Below are positions 1 through 13,590 of a stretch of 64,000 bases of DNA, in pieces. This DNA is from Macrostomum hystrix (Eukaryota; Animalia; Platyhelminthes). Below the pieces are notes generated by a model. That model was not told where the DNA came from. It saw nothing but the letters and a program-made list of their open reading frames with translations, and searched no databases. The stretch lies in NCBI GenBank assembly GCA_950097015.1, contig CATNEN010000038.1, forward strand, positions 22,196,001-22,260,000. The letters are read 5' to 3'. How positions within the stretch are numbered: the first letter of the stretch is position 1; each line of letters starts with the position of its first letter. The translations under genes and the position numbers were made by a program.

Positions 1-109
1 CGTCAATCACTGGAAATAATTAGATTTTATTGAGACACGTAAGGACTGTCAGGATGACAGACAAAGATAAGTACAATGGAGACAGACAAGGACAGGTACA
101 CTTGCTGGA

Positions 110-396
110 CACAGACAGACAGACAGAAAACCAGGCTGGCAGGCAGACAGACAGACAGACAGATAGATAGACAGACAGGCAGGCAGGCAGACAGACAGAC
201 AGACAGACAGATAGACAGACAGGCAGACAGACAGACAGACAGACAGACAGATAGACAGACAGACAGACAGGCAGATAGACAGACAGGCAGACAGGCAGAC
301 AGACAGACAGACAGATAGACAGACAGGCAGACAGACAGACGGACAGATAGACAGACAGACAGACAGACAGGCAGACAGACAGACAGCCAGACAGGC

Positions 397-429
<33 letters not shown>

Positions 430-448
430 GGCAGGCAGACAGACAGGC

Positions 449-487
<39 letters not shown>
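110..487. repeat. (GACA)n microsatellite in Ku80 intron
   Basis: Direct reading: GACA tetramers with GGCA/GATA variants. Confidence 0.97.
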
Positions 488-502
488 ACCAGGAGCGCTC
501 AC

Positions 503-3391
503 AGTCAGCCCCAATGCCGCGGAAGTTGGTGCCGTCCTCATTGAAGAACTGCACTAGATCCCAGTCCACAACGCTAAGCGAACGGCAAAGGCTGATGTTT
601 TCAAAATTGCCATCGTCGTCTGCTAGAGGATTGTCAGTGGCTTCCGTGCCTACCAGGACTAGGGCCACTTCGTCTTTGGATTGTTGAAATAGCTGAGGAT
701 TTTGGCGAAAATTGGCAAATATTGTCGATGTCAATTTAAATTAAAATCCATTAGAGGAAGACAATTATGAATAAGAATGCTTGAGAATTACTTGAATACT
801 TGAATACACGGAGGCCGACATTAATGGGGAGAATTCTGGAAAGGAAAACTAGGATGAAATAGAATCAGGATGGCGAAGAACAAGGATGAAGAAAAATCAG
901 GATGGGAAGAATCAGGATGGGAAGAATTAAGATGGGAAGAATCAGGATGGAAAAGAATTAGGATGGGAAGAATCAGGATGGGAAGAATCAGGATGGGAAG
1001 AATCAGGTTGGAAAAGAATTAGGATGGGAAGAATCAGGATGGGAAGAATCACGATGGCAAGAATCAGGATGGGAAGAATCAGGTTGGAAAAGAATTAGGA
1101 TGGGAAGAATCACGATGGCAAGAATCAGGATGGCAAGAATCAGGATGGGAAGAATCAGGATGGGAAGAATCAGGATGGGAAGAATCAGGATGGGAAGAAT
1201 CAGGATGGGAAGAATCAGGATGGGAAGAATCACGATGGGAAGAATCAGGATGGCAAGAATCAGGATGGGAAGAATCACGATGGGAAGAATCAGGTTGGAA
1301 AAGAATCAGGAGGGGAAGAATCACGATGGGAAGAATCAGGATGGGAAGAACCAGGATGGGAAGAATGAGGTTGGAAAAGAATTAGGATGGGAAGAATCAC
1401 GATGGCAAGAATCAGGATGGGAAGAATCAGGATGGGAAGAATCAGGATGGGAAGAATCAGGATGGGAAGAATCACGATGGGAAGAATCAGGATGGGAAGA
1501 ATCAGGATGGAAAAGAATTAGGATGGGAAGAATCAGGATGGGAAGAATCACGATGGGAAGAATCAGGTTGGAAAAGAATCAGGAGGGGAAGAATCAGGAT
1601 GGGAAGAATCAGGATGGGAAGAACCAGGATGGGAAGAATCAGGTTGGAAAAAAATCAGGATGGGAAGAATCAGGTTGGAAAAGAATTAGGATGGGAAGAA
1701 TCAGGTTGGAAAAGAATCAGGATGGGAAGAATCAGGATGGGGATTGGGAAGAATCGGGATGTGCAAAATCAGGATTTGAAGAACCAGGATGTGGAGGAAT
1801 CTATACTATCAGAATTTCGGCCCTCCCCATTACCTTTCTCTGCATCAGCATCTTCAAGCAAGTCAGAGACTGTTCAATCGGCTTCTCATAGCCAGGTGGT
1901 CCGCGCGGCATATGCGGCCCAATGTCCAGAATAATCGCTATGCTTTCAGCCTGAAACAGGAGCACAATTTAGGATTCATATAAGGAAGATATGAAAACTT
2001 TTCAAAAGAATACAGAATTTAGGTTTTTAATTTGGAAGCCTAATAACAACATTTTCAGTCTTAATTCTAGGAAGCAAGTTAAGATCTCCGTCAACTATTT
2101 ACCTACTGGCTGAAGCCTCGAACTTATGATTGATCTCAAATTTAGATCCTTTAAATAGAAGCTCAAGTCAGATTCTAGGAATCGAACTACTAATCAGGAT
2201 TCTAGGAATCGAACCAACTAATGTATTCTAGAAATCGAACCCCTAATCAGGATTTTAAGAACCGAACCCCCTAATCAGGATTCTAGGAATCGAACCCCCT
2301 AATCAGGATTCTAGGAATCGAACCCCTAATCAGGATTCTAAGAATCTAACCCCCTAATCAGGATTCAAGGAATCGAACCCCCTAATCAGGATTCTAGGAA
2401 TCGAACCCCCTAATCAGGATTCTAAGAATCGAACCCCCTAATCAGGATTCTAGGAATCGAACCCCTTAATCAGGATTCTAGGAATCGAACTCCTAACCAG
2501 GATTCTAGGAATCGAACTCCTAATCAGGATTCTAGGAATCGAACTCCTAATCAGGATTCTAGGAATCGAACTCCTAATCAGGATTCTAGGAATCGAACTC
2601 CTAACCAGGATTCTAGGAATCGAACTCCTAATCAGGATTCTAGGAATCGAACTCCTAATCAGGATTCTAGGAATCGAACCCCCTAATCAGGATTCTAGGA
2701 ATCGAACCCCCTAATCAGGATTCTAGAAATCGAACCCCCTAATCAGGATTCTAGGAATCGAACCCCCTAATCAGGATTCTAGGAATCGAACCCCCTAATC
2801 AGGATTCAAGGAATCGAACCCCCTAATCAGGATTCTAGAAATCGAACCCCCTAATCAGGATTCTAGAAATCGAACCCCTAATCAGGATTTTAGGAATCGA
2901 ACCCCTAATCTGAATTGAACCCCTAATCTGGATTTTAGGAATCGAACCCCTAATCTGGATTTTAGGAATCGAACCTCTAATCTGGATTCTTATAATCGAA
3001 TCCCCTAATCTATGATAAGTAAATAATGATAGGAAAAAATTCGTTTAGAAATATGTAAGTGTATATTTAATAAATAATCAATAGAGAACTGTTGCGGCTA
3101 AACAGAGCTAGCATTCACATAGAAAAGCATGAGTTTGAGCAAAAGAAAAGCATAAAGGACTTATTCAAACATCCATGCCAAAATTTAAAGCGAAAGTCTG
3201 CAAAAATCTGGAAAGAAAGTTCCAAAAACTTCTCCGTTTTTAAGCAGATGCATGTACTTTTTATTACCAAACATTGTTAACTGGTATATGCATGAGAATA
3301 TTTTAAAGCACTGAAGGCATTCAAGCAAAACCAACAAGAAAGCAAACAAAATAACTCATAACAAATCAAGAACTAATTGTACCTGATTCAT
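503..3391 (-). CDS. XRCC5: Ku80 (XRCC5), 5' exons; gene continues off the left edge
   Basis: GT-AG exons 1834-1950 ([39 protein letters not shown]) and 503-692 ([46 protein letters not shown]...GAD) join in frame and match the Ku80 N-terminal vWA domain as I recall it. The start exon 3383-3391 (ATG AAT CAG|gtac) is tentative. Confidence 0.88.
860..1790. repeat. 15-bp minisatellite (GGGAAGAATCAGGAT)n in Ku80 intron
   Basis: Tandem units read directly. Confidence 0.96.
2170..3010. repeat. 27-28-bp minisatellite (AATCAGGATTCTAGGAATCGAACCCCCT)n
   Basis: Tandem units; internal inverted GATTC/GAATC; shares AATCAGGAT with the neighbouring 15-bp array. Confidence 0.95.
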
Positions 3392-3419
3392 GCCTAGACT
3401 TCTATATGTAGCTAATTTT

Positions 3420-4425
3420 ACCTGTGTGTTCTCTAGCCCTGACCTATTTCACCTGCGTGTTCTCTACCCCTGACCTATTTCACCTGCGTGTTCTCTACCC
3501 CTGACCTATTTCACCTGCGTGTTCTCTACCCCTGACCTATTTCAACTGCGTGTTTTCTACCCCTGACCTATTTCACCTGCGTGTTCTCTACCCCTGACCT
3601 ATTTCACCTGCGTGTTCTCTACCCCTGAACTAATTCACCTGCGTGTTTTCTACCCCTGACCTATTTCACCTGCGTGTTCTCTACCCCTGAACTAATTCAC
3701 CTGCGTGTTTTCTACCCCTGACCTATTTCACCTGCGTGTTCTCTACCCCTGACCTATTTTACCTGTGTGTTCTCTACCCTGACCTATTTTACCTGCGTGT
3801 TCTCTACCCCTGACCTATTTTACCTGTGTGTTCTCTACCCCTGACCTATTTCACCTGCGTGTTCTCTACCCCTGACCTATTTCACCTGCGTGTTCTCTAG
3901 CCCTGACCTATTTCAACTGCGTGTTTTCTACCCCTGACCTATTTCACCTGCGTGTTCTCTACCCCTGACCTATTTCACCTGCGTGTTCTCTACCCCTGAA
4001 CTAATTCACCTGCGTGTTTTCTACCCCTGACCTATTTCACCTGCGTGTTCTCTACCCCTGAACTAATTCACCTGCGTGTTTTCTACCCCTGACCTATTTT
4101 ACCTGTGTGTTCTCTACCCTGACCTATTTTACCTGCGTGTTCTCTACCCCTGACCTATTTTACCTGTGTGTTCTCTACCCTGACCTATTTTACCTGCGTG
4201 TTCTCTACCCCTGACCTATTTTACCTGTGTGTTCCCTAACCCTGACCTATTTCACCTGCGTGTTCTCTACCCCTGACCTATTTTACCTGCGTGTTCTCTA
4301 CCCCTGACCTATTTTACCTGCGTGTTCTCTACCCCTGACCTATTATACCTGTGTGTTCTCTACCCCTGAACTAATTCACCTGTGTGTTCTCTAGCCCTGA
4401 CCTATTTTACCTGTGTGTTCTCTAC
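3420..4425. repeat. 31-bp minisatellite (CACCTGCGTGTTCTCTACCCCTGACCTATTT)n filling the DEX1-like/Ku80 spacer
   Basis: Tandem units read directly. Confidence 0.96.
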
Positions 4426-4473
4426 ACCAATTTATTTCAATAACCTGGTTTTCACACCTGTATATAAAAGTGT

Positions 4474-7400
4474 CTACTCAGTGTGCCTAGCAACAAACGG
4501 CAGTACTAGATTGTCTTCCACAGTGAACACCTGGCCAAGCAGCAGCAGCAGGGTTACACCAACTGGTAGGTAGAGAAGGAATGGCATCTCGTACACGTAG
4601 TTGACATTAGCAACCAGCGTTGCCTGGGACTCGGCGGAGCGAGCATCGGCCGAATTTGTTAGGCGCAGCAATAGTTGCGACTTCAAAGGCCGACTACCGG
4701 CGTCGAAGTACATCAGATGCGGCCCGGGTCGGGTGTAGCGCAGTGTTAGTGTCTCCTTGTTGTACAGGTACACCTGGGAGAGGTATGTATAATTTTAGTT
4801 TAAATACACACAGTAGAGGCGGTATGAATCAAAGAAAGGGTAAATAATAACAGGCGGAATTTTTAAAAGCGGTGGCACTGAAATAGTAGAAAACTAACAT
4901 GAAGGCGGCATTCTTCAAAGGAACTGGAGGGGTAGAAAACTAACATGAAAGCGGCATTCTTCAAAGGAACTGGAGGGAGGAGAAACTAATATGAAGGCGG
5001 CATTCTTCAAAGGGACTGAAGACGTAGAAAACTAATATTGAAGCGGCATTCTTCAAAGGGACTGAAGGCGTAGAAAACTAATATTGAAGCGGCATTATTC
5101 AAAGGGACTGGAGGGGGGAGAAAACTAATATGAAGGCGGCATTCTTCAAAGGGACTGAAGGCGTAGAAAACTAATATTGAAGCGGCATTCTTCAAAGGGA
5201 CTGAAGGCGTAGAAAACTAATATTGAAGCGGCATTCTTCAAAGGGACTGAAGACGTAGAAAACTAACATGAAAGCGGCATTCTTCAAAGGGACTGAAGAC
5301 GTAGAAAACTAACATGAAAGCGGCATTCTTCAAAGGGACTGAAGACGTAGAAAACTAACATGAAAGCGGCATTCTTCAAAGGGAGTGAAGACGTAGAAAA
5401 CTAACATGAAAGCGGCATTCTTCAAAGGGACTAGAGGGGTAGAAAACTAACATAATAGCGGCATTCTTCAGAGGGACTGAAAAGCATAAGGATATAAAAC
5501 TATGGCGTAATAATCTAATAAATCAAAGAAAATACCAAGCGAACTCACATGAACAGTGTACATCATAGACATCAAGCCATCGGTATTGAGCAGATCCTCA
5601 ATGAAAATGGGCAGGATTAGCGTCGAACCACTCTGCTCAATGTAGGGCGCGCCCGGAATGCGAATTGACAGCTGGGAAAGGTAAAAAACTCTATATACTT
5701 TGATTGTTTAAAAAAATGTTACATATTTTCTATGTTTTTTAATGAAGTTACACTCACCGATTCTTGCATACGCAGATCGCAATCTAAACCGGTAAGCTTG
5801 TCTAAAAATAATCGAGAAAAGTATATATTGTAGAAAATTAATCCATCTAACTATTGTTAGGGTTAAATCATCAATTATTTATTAGATTAGTAATTTTTCC
5901 CTTTCCTAGCTTCCAATATCCATCTCTCTAATCTCCCAATATCCATCTCTCTAATCTGCCAATATCCATCTCTCTAATCTGCCAATATCCATCTCTCTAA
6001 TCTGCCAATATCCATCTCTCTAATCTGCCAATATCCATCTCTCTAATCTGCCAATATCCATCTCTCTAATCTCCCAATATCCATCTCTCTAATCTGCCAA
6101 TATCCATCTCTCTAATCTGCCAATATCCATCTCTCTAATCTCCCAATATCCATCTCTAATCTCCCAATATCCATCTCTCTAATCTCCCAATATCCATCTC
6201 TCTAATCTGCCAATATCCATCTCTCTAATCTGCCAATATCCATCTCTCTAATCTGCCAATATCCATCTCTCTAATCTCCCAGTATCTATCTCTAATCTCC
6301 CAGTATCTATCTCTAATCTCCCAGTATCCATCTCTAATCTCCCAGTATCTATCTCTAATCTCCCAGTATCCATCTCTAATCTCCCAGTATCCATCTCTAA
6401 TCTCCCAGTATCCATCTCTAATCTCCCAGTATCCATCTCTAATCTCCCAGTATCCATCTCTAATCTCCCAGTATCCATCTCTAATCTCCCAGTATCCATC
6501 TCTAATCTCCCAGTATCCATCTCTAATCTCCCAGTATCCATCTCTAATCTCCCAGTATCCATCTCTAATCTCCCAATATCCATCTCTAATCTCCCAGTAT
6601 CCATCTCTAATCTCCCAGTATCCATCTCTAATCTCCCAGTATCTATCTCTAATCTCCCAGTATCTATCTCTAATCTCCCAGTATCTATCTCTAATCTCTC
6701 AATATCAATCTCTAATCTCCCTATATCCATCTCTAATCTAAAACCCTAAAAAACACTCCAAACCTTCGAGTCGATATCCCAGCTTAACAACCCGCCCATC
6801 GGTAGTTAGGACTGCGAGATCAGCCAATCCGGTCCGTTCGCTGTTTACTCCTGACAGGCCCAGTGCGGTGGTGGCGTTCAACCCGTTGTAGTAACTGACG
6901 CTGGCAAAGCCGGCATCTTCAGTCAGGGCGATCGTTACGATTCTGCCAAGCCAATCAACTCCAGCTAGGAGGCCAATGTCTGCTGCCTCATTGTAAGCAG
7001 ATTGTGGTCTGTTATAATCCGCTGTCTGATAAACCTGCAGCTTATTAGATTTTAACAATGAGTCTTCGCGACCAGGGTGCGGCTTGCCCCGACAGACTAG
7101 AGGAGTCAGGCGGGACATGGGCGGCACCTGTTTGGGGAAGGGGAGAATTGACAAATAGTCATTGCGACTCTCTACTCTCTCACCTCCTAATATCTACTCA
7201 CAACTCCCAACCTCTAATCTCTCACCTCCCAACCTCTACTCTCTCACCTCCCAACCTCTACTCTCTCACCTCCCAACCTCTACTCTCGCACCTCCCAACC
7301 TCTACTCTCTCACCTCCCAACCTCTACTCTCTCACCTCCTAACCTCTACTCTCTCACCTCCCAACCTCTACTCTCTCACCTCCCAACCTCTACTCTCTCA

Positions 7401-10400
7401 CCTCCCAACCTCAACTTTCTCACCTCCCAACCTCTACTCTCGCACCTCCCAACCTCTATTCTCTCACCTCCCAACCTCTACTCTCTCAACTCCTAATCTT
7501 TACTTTCTTACCTTCTAATCTCTACTCACACCGCCCAATCTCTACTCACACCAACCTCTACTCTCTCACCTCCCAACCTCTACTCTCTCACCTCCTAACC
7601 TCTACTCTCTCACCTCCCAACCTCTACTCTCTCACCTCCCAACCTCTACTCTCGCACCTCCCAATCTCTACTCACACCTCCCAACCTCTACTCTCTCACC
7701 TCCTATTCTCTACTCTCTTACCTTCTAATCTCTACTCACACCGCCCAATCTCTACTCACACCTCCCAATCTCTACTCACACCTCCCAATCTCTACTCTCA
7801 CCTCCCAATCCTAACTCTAACCTCCGAATCTCCTATTTTTCACATTCCAATCCCTAAAAGTTTTGTTCCCCTGCAGAAGCAGATAACAAACGCACTAAAT
7901 TGTGTCTTCTATGCGGCCCGCTTTCGTAGTGAGCATTGCTAGCGCTAGAATTAAAAGAGTGCATTGCTAGCACAGTATCTAGGCTGTGCAATTCTCCATT
8001 AGCAGCCGATATCAGATGCAATCGGCCGACGCTACTGGGACCAGTGTCAAACGCATGATCTGGATTAGTTGAAAATGCTACAGCATAGGCCCGACCAGCC
8101 CTATAAAATGCTGTCAGAGGTGTGACAGTATCTAGTATGGAACTGTCAGCTAGAAAATTATATGAAAGTCTAGTTGTGGACCAAATTATTTGACCGCGAC
8201 AATTCAAACCAGACACTTGACCGCTGGCAGAGTCCAGTACAACTAGGACATTGTTGCTAGTTGTTGAAGTTGCCGAAGCGGTCGAAACTGACTGGCCGGG
8301 TTGCAGTCCAGACAGAAGCAGCGGCTGCAAAGACGCGAAGACGGTGACAGGTGGCAAAAAATTAGGGGATAACTGGGGATAGGGGAAGTTTTGGTAGCTA
8401 GGGAGTTACCTACCGGATGAATTAGAGAGCCAAACAGTACAGGAAAACCAGTGACGGAACGCAATTGTCCTTTAAAATAGGATGATTCAGCTAAAGAAGA
8501 CTCGTATTTGTACGCGAATAGACGACCAGAAGCTGATGCAACAATCAGACTATTGTGAGTCAGCTCCGTCGATAGTTGAATCCACAGCGGAGTAGAAAAT
8601 AAATAGCCTGGTCTGGCCGATGACAGCTGAAAAATTGTCAACCAGAAAGAGTCATTGAGTAGGGTGTTGCGATTGTTGAGTAGTGTGTTGCAATTGTTGA
8701 GTAGGGTGTTGCGATTGTTGAGTAGGGTGTTGCGATTGTTGAGTAGGGTGTTGCAACTGTTGAGTATGGTGTTGCGATTGTTGAGTAGGGTGTTGCAATT
8801 GTTGAGTAGGGTGTTGCGATTGTTGAGTAGGGTGTTGCGATTGTTGAGTAGGGTGTTGCAATTGTTGAGTAGGGTGTTGCGACTGTTGAGTAGGGTGTTG
8901 CGATTGTTGAGTAGGGTGTTGCGATTGTTGAGTAGGGTGTTGCAACTGTTGAGTATGGTGTTGCGATTGTTGAGTAGGGTGTTGCGATTGTTGAGTAGGG
9001 TGTTGCGATTGTTGAGTAGGGTGTTGCGATTGTTGAGTAGGGTGTTGCGATTGTTGAGTATGGTGTTGCGATTGTTGAGTAGGGTGTTGCGATTGTTGAG
9101 CAGGGTGTTGCTATTGTTGAGTAGGGTGTTGCGATTGTTGAGTAGGGTGTTGCGATTGTTGAGTAGTGTGTTGCAACTGTTGAGTATGGTGTTGCGATTG
9201 TTGAGTAGGGTGTTGCGATTGTTGAGTAGGGTGTTGCGATTGTTGAGTAGGGTGTTGCGATTGTTGAGTAGGGTGTTGCGATTGTTGAGTAGGGTGTTGC
9301 GATTGTTGAGTAGGGTGTTGCGATTGTTGAGTAGGGTGTTGCAACTGTTGAGTATGGTGTTGCAATTGTTGAGTAGGGTGTTGCAACTGTTGAGTAGGGT
9401 GTTGCGATTGTTGAGTAGGGTGTTGCGATTGTTGAGTAGGGTGTTGCAACTGTTGAGTAGCGTGTTGCGATTCTTTAGTAGAGTGATGGGATTATTTTGC
9501 AGGGTGCTAGGATTGTTGAGTAGGCAGATAAGATATTTAGGTAGGGTGCTAGGGTTTTGAGTAGGGAGCTGGGATTGTTGAGTAAGTTAATTAAGTAGGG
9601 GTAGGGTACAATTGTGATTAGGTCGAGTAGTGCAAGTTGAGATTGCTGAGCAGGGTGATGAGATAGTAGGCCAGTACTTATAGACCTGTGCTCACCCAGC
9701 TGTGCTCAAGCCAGTGCCAAACCAGAGTCCGTTTCAGACGCAGGCTGTAAATCAACAGAGCCGAGACCAATCGCCTCTCGCCAACGAAGCTGACGCTGAG
9801 CGCGAATTCTTCCCGCGAGCCGTCGGCGTCGCAATCGCAGAGCACTGGAGAGGCGAACACCGAGGGTAACAGTCGCTCCGATTTAGGCATTTCATTGACA
9901 CCATCGCCTTCAAACGGCCTGTTGCTAATGACAACAATGGGGACGTCAGGATTGGACACTGACGATGGAGAGTCCAGAAGTTGAGCTAAGGTGCCGGTAG
10001 CAGATGCGAGCCAGAGGGTTGGCACTTCAACTGAAGGCAGCTGGCAAAAAATTGATTCGGGTTCTTGAATTTTACTTCCACGTCACCATACTCAACAGCT
10101 TCATCAGCCTATTTTACAATCCGAGTATCCTACTCAACAACCCGATTATCCTACTCAACAACCCGATTATCCTACTCAACAATCCGAGTATCCTACTCAA
10201 CAACCCGATTATCCTACTCAACAATCCGATTATCCTACTCAACAATCGGATTATCCTACTCAACAATCCGATTATCCTACTCAACAACCCGATTATCCTA
10301 CTCAACAATCCGATTATCCTACTCAACAATCCGATTATCCCACTCAACAACCCGATTATCCTACTCAACAACCCGATTATCCTACTCAACAATCCGATTA

Positions 10401-12570
10401 TCCTACTCAACAATCCGATTATCCTACTCAACAACCCGATTATCCTACTCAACAATCCGATTATCCTACTCAGCAATCCGAGTATCCTACTCAACAACCC
10501 GATTATCCTACTCAACAACCCGATTATCCTACTCAACAACCCGATTATCCTACTCAACAATCTGAGTATCCTACTCAACAATCTGAGTATCCTACTCAAC
10601 AATCCGAGTATCCTACTCAGCAATCCGATTATCCTACTCAACAACCCGATTATCCTACTCAACAACCCGATTATCCTACTCAACAATCCGATTATCCTAC
10701 TCAACAATCTGAGTATCCTACTCAACAATCTGAGTATCCTACTCAACAATCCGAGTATCCTACTCAGCAATCCGATTATCCTACTCAACAACCCGATTAT
10801 CCTACTCAACAACCCGATTATCCTACTCAACAACCCGATTATCCTACTCAACAACCCGATTATCCTACTCAACAATCTGAGTATCCTACTCAACAATCCG
10901 AGTATCCTACTCAACAATCCGATTATCCTACTCAACAACCCGATTATCCTACTCAACAATCCGAGTATCCTACTCAACAACCCGATTATCCTACTCAACA
11001 ATCCGATTATCCTACTCAACAATCCGATTATCCTACTTAACAACCCGATTATCCTACTCAACAATCCGAGTATCCTACTCAGCAATCCGATTATCCTACT
11101 CAACAATCCGATTATCCTACTCAACAATCCGATTATCCTACTCAACAACCCGATTATCCTACTCAACAACCCGATTATCCTACTCAACAACCCGATTATC
11201 CTACTCAACAATCCGATTATCCTACTCAACAATCCGATTATCCTACTCAACAATCCGATTATCCTACTTAACAACCCGATTATCCTACTCAAAAATCCGA
11301 TTATCCTACTCAACAATCCTAACACCCTGCTCAACAGTCCTGACATTATATTTGATCAAAGTAAGCCAAGACACTACCTTAGCAGCTAATTACGCACCTG
11401 ATCTTCGTGTTTCAATGCGCCAGTCTGTGAGTAGTAGTGCAGGGCGCCAGAATAGCTAACAAAGATTAGTTCTTCTTCACCGTCTTGATCGACGTCAAAC
11501 TGAAATTTTTTATATATTTTAATTTGATAGATTTCGTTGATAAAACAGTAGAATGCAAGCCACAATGTTCTAAAAATGTAGGATCAGACAAGGTAGATCA
11601 GAATGTTACAAATAATACAATGCCAAAATAGACTACATAGAATGCCAGAATAGACACATGATAGATGTCAAAATAGACAGTACACAATGTGTGGATAGAC
11701 AGAATAGAATTCCAGAATATACATGATTGAGTGCCAGAAAAGACAGGATAGACAGTATAGAATTCCATAGACAGGATAGAATACCATAGACAGTATAGAA
11801 TTCCATAGACAGGATAGAATACCATAGACAGGATAGAATGCCATAGACAGGATAGAATGTCATAGACAGGATAGACAGGATAGAATGCCATAGACAGGAT
11901 AGACAGGATAGAATGTCATGGACAGGATAGAATTCAATAGACAGGATAGAACGCCATAGACAGGATAGAATGTCATGGACAGGATAGAATGCAATAGACA
12001 GGATAGAATGCCATAGACAGGATAGAATGCCATAGACAGGATAGAATGTCATGGACAGGATAGAATACCATAGACAGGATAGAATGCCATAGACAGGATA
12101 GAATGCCATAGACAGGATAGAATGCCATAGACAGGATAGAATGCCATAGGATGGACAAGATAAAACGTCATCATAAACAGAGGTCTCACCCGCAAAGGCG
12201 TAGCGAAGTGCGCCTCGCCGTGATGAAACCTGGGCCAAGCGCCCCCGCCAGCTTGAAAGCGGCCGTCGCTGGCGTCTAGAACGCTGAATGCGCCGTCAAA
12301 CCCGGCTAGCACAATCTCATCGGCACCGTCAGCATTCAGATCCATGACTAGAGGCTCGGCAGCGAATCTGTGACCAATAGGCGGCGTTCTCCATGCAACC
12401 TTCCAGGACCAGACAGGCTTGGCTGGTTCAACGTGCGGCATTCCAGAATTAGTAGACACTGGTGATACTTCAGTGGCATTCAGAGCCAATGGAACTGGCT
12501 TTGGATTGGCTGTCGAAAAAGCTATTACTAGAAGTAGTAACAGTTTTACCACCAGTCGTACTAGATTCAT
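4474..12570 (-). CDS. DEX1-like (defective in exine formation 1) FG-GAP/beta-propeller type I membrane protein, 9 exons
   Basis: In-frame GT-AG exons 12190-12570, 11398-11499, 9696-10040, 8414-8626, 7896-8324, 6764-7127, 5758-5801, 5549-5671, 4474-4773. Signal peptide MNLVRLVVKLLLLLVIAFSTA; Ca-loop motifs DLNADGADEIV, DVDQDGEEELI, DCDADGSREEF; C-terminal TM and tail PFLLYLPVGVTLLLLLG...LVLPFVARHTE resemble the plant DEX1 C-terminus (from recall). Confidence 0.75.
4880..5480. repeat. 46-bp intronic minisatellite
   Basis: Unit GCGGCATTCTTCAAAGGGACTGAAGACGTAGAAAACTAACATGAAA. Confidence 0.93.
5912..6737. repeat. Compound 23-bp then 21-bp intronic minisatellite
   Basis: CCAATATCCATCTCTCTAATCTG switches to CCAGTATCCATCTCTAATCTC near 6270. 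Confidence 0.95.
7170..7830. repeat. 22-bp intronic minisatellite (CCTCCCAACCTCTACTCTCTCA)n
   Basis: Tandem units read directly. Confidence 0.93.
8655..9590. repeat. 21-bp intronic minisatellite (GATTGTTGAGTAGGGTGTTGC)n
   Basis: Tandem units; explains the LLSRVLR ORF. Confidence 0.96.
10117..11337. repeat. 21-bp intronic minisatellite (ATCCTACTCAACAATCCGATT)n, inverted relative of the 8655-9590 array
   Basis: Reverse-complement unit GATTGTTGAGTAGGATAATCG matches the previous array at 16/21 positions. Confidence 0.96.
11740..12150. repeat. 19-bp intronic minisatellite (AGAATGCCATAGACAGGAT)n
   Basis: Tandem units read directly. Confidence 0.94.
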
Positions 12571-12829
12571 TATTTTCTTTTGGTTAATTAAATTGATAGA
12601 AATTTTAATTCTTTCATTGTGACTATACGACGCACTGAAATTATGTCAAAGGTTGGTAATTCTGGGAGGGATATTAAACTGAGTTTATTTCCTTTCAGTG
12701 GCATTACGACGCTCTAACGTGTTTTCTTCACTCGAATCGAGTACATCAGGGGTCAGCATCTCTCTAAATGTACACTCGCCCTGCCTAACTCGACTCCCTT
12801 ACCCTAAATGTACTCTATCCCGCCTGTCC

Positions 12830-13345
12830 TCCCGTGTCTCATCTCTACCGTGTCTCATCTCTCCATGTCTCATCTCTACCGTGTCTTATCTCTCCCGTGT
12901 CTCATCTCTCCCGTGTCTCATCTATCCCGTGTCTCATCTCTTCCGTGTCTCATCTATCCCGTGTCTCATCTCTTCCGTGTCTCATCTATCCTGTCTCAAC
13001 TCTCCCATGCCTCATCTCTCTGGTGTCTCATCTCTCTGGTGTCTCATCTCTCCCGTGTCTCATCTCTCCCATGTCTCATCTCTCCCATGTCTCATCTCTA
13101 CCGTGTCTCATCTCTCCCGTGTCTCATCTCTCCCGTGTCTCATCTCTCCCGTGTCTCATCTCTCCCGTGTCTCATCTCTCCCATGTCTCATCTCTACCGT
13201 GTCTCATCTCTACCGTGTCTCATCTCTCCTGTGTCTCATCTATCCTGTCTCAACTCTCCCATGTCTCATCTCTCCCGTGTCTCATGTCTCTAGTGTCTCA
13301 TCTCTCCCGTGTCTTAACTCTCCCGTGTCTCATCTCTCCTGGTCT
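12830..13345. repeat. 16-bp intergenic minisatellite (GTCTCATCTCTCCCGT)n
   Basis: Tandem units read directly. Confidence 0.95.
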
Positions 13346-13499
13346 TATCTCCTCCCTGTAATCTCTTTCACATTTCTAAAGTCAATGCGGCCCGCTATCG
13401 TCTATTAGGCTCTCTCCTTGGTCCGCTGCTAATAAGTTTGACGACCCCTGGAATACAAGAAGTCGATTCAGCGGCTGGCAATTTGTTTAACAATCACCC

Positions 13500-13590
13500 A
13501 AGAGTGAGAGTGTACACTGGCAGACGATGAGAAAGCCAGGGCAGATGTACACACCCTGTTTGTGCTTGTGTGCGTCAAGGACCACTAGGA
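13500..13590 (+). mobile_element. Fragment of SINE family A (internal hairpin segment)
   Basis: AGTGAGAGTGTACACTGGCAGACGATGAGAAAGCCAGGGCAGATGTACACACC is nearly identical to 20812-20864. Confidence 0.7.

Noticed and set aside
2170-4425. 28-31-bp partly palindromic repeats resembling CRISPR arrays
   Set aside because: Head-to-tail units with no unique spacers, no cas genes, and a eukaryotic context.
8652-11389. Long repetitive ORFs (LLSRVLR, LLNNPII, QQSQHPT) resembling LRR or structural proteins
   Set aside because: They are translations of stop-free 21-bp intronic satellites lying between real exons.
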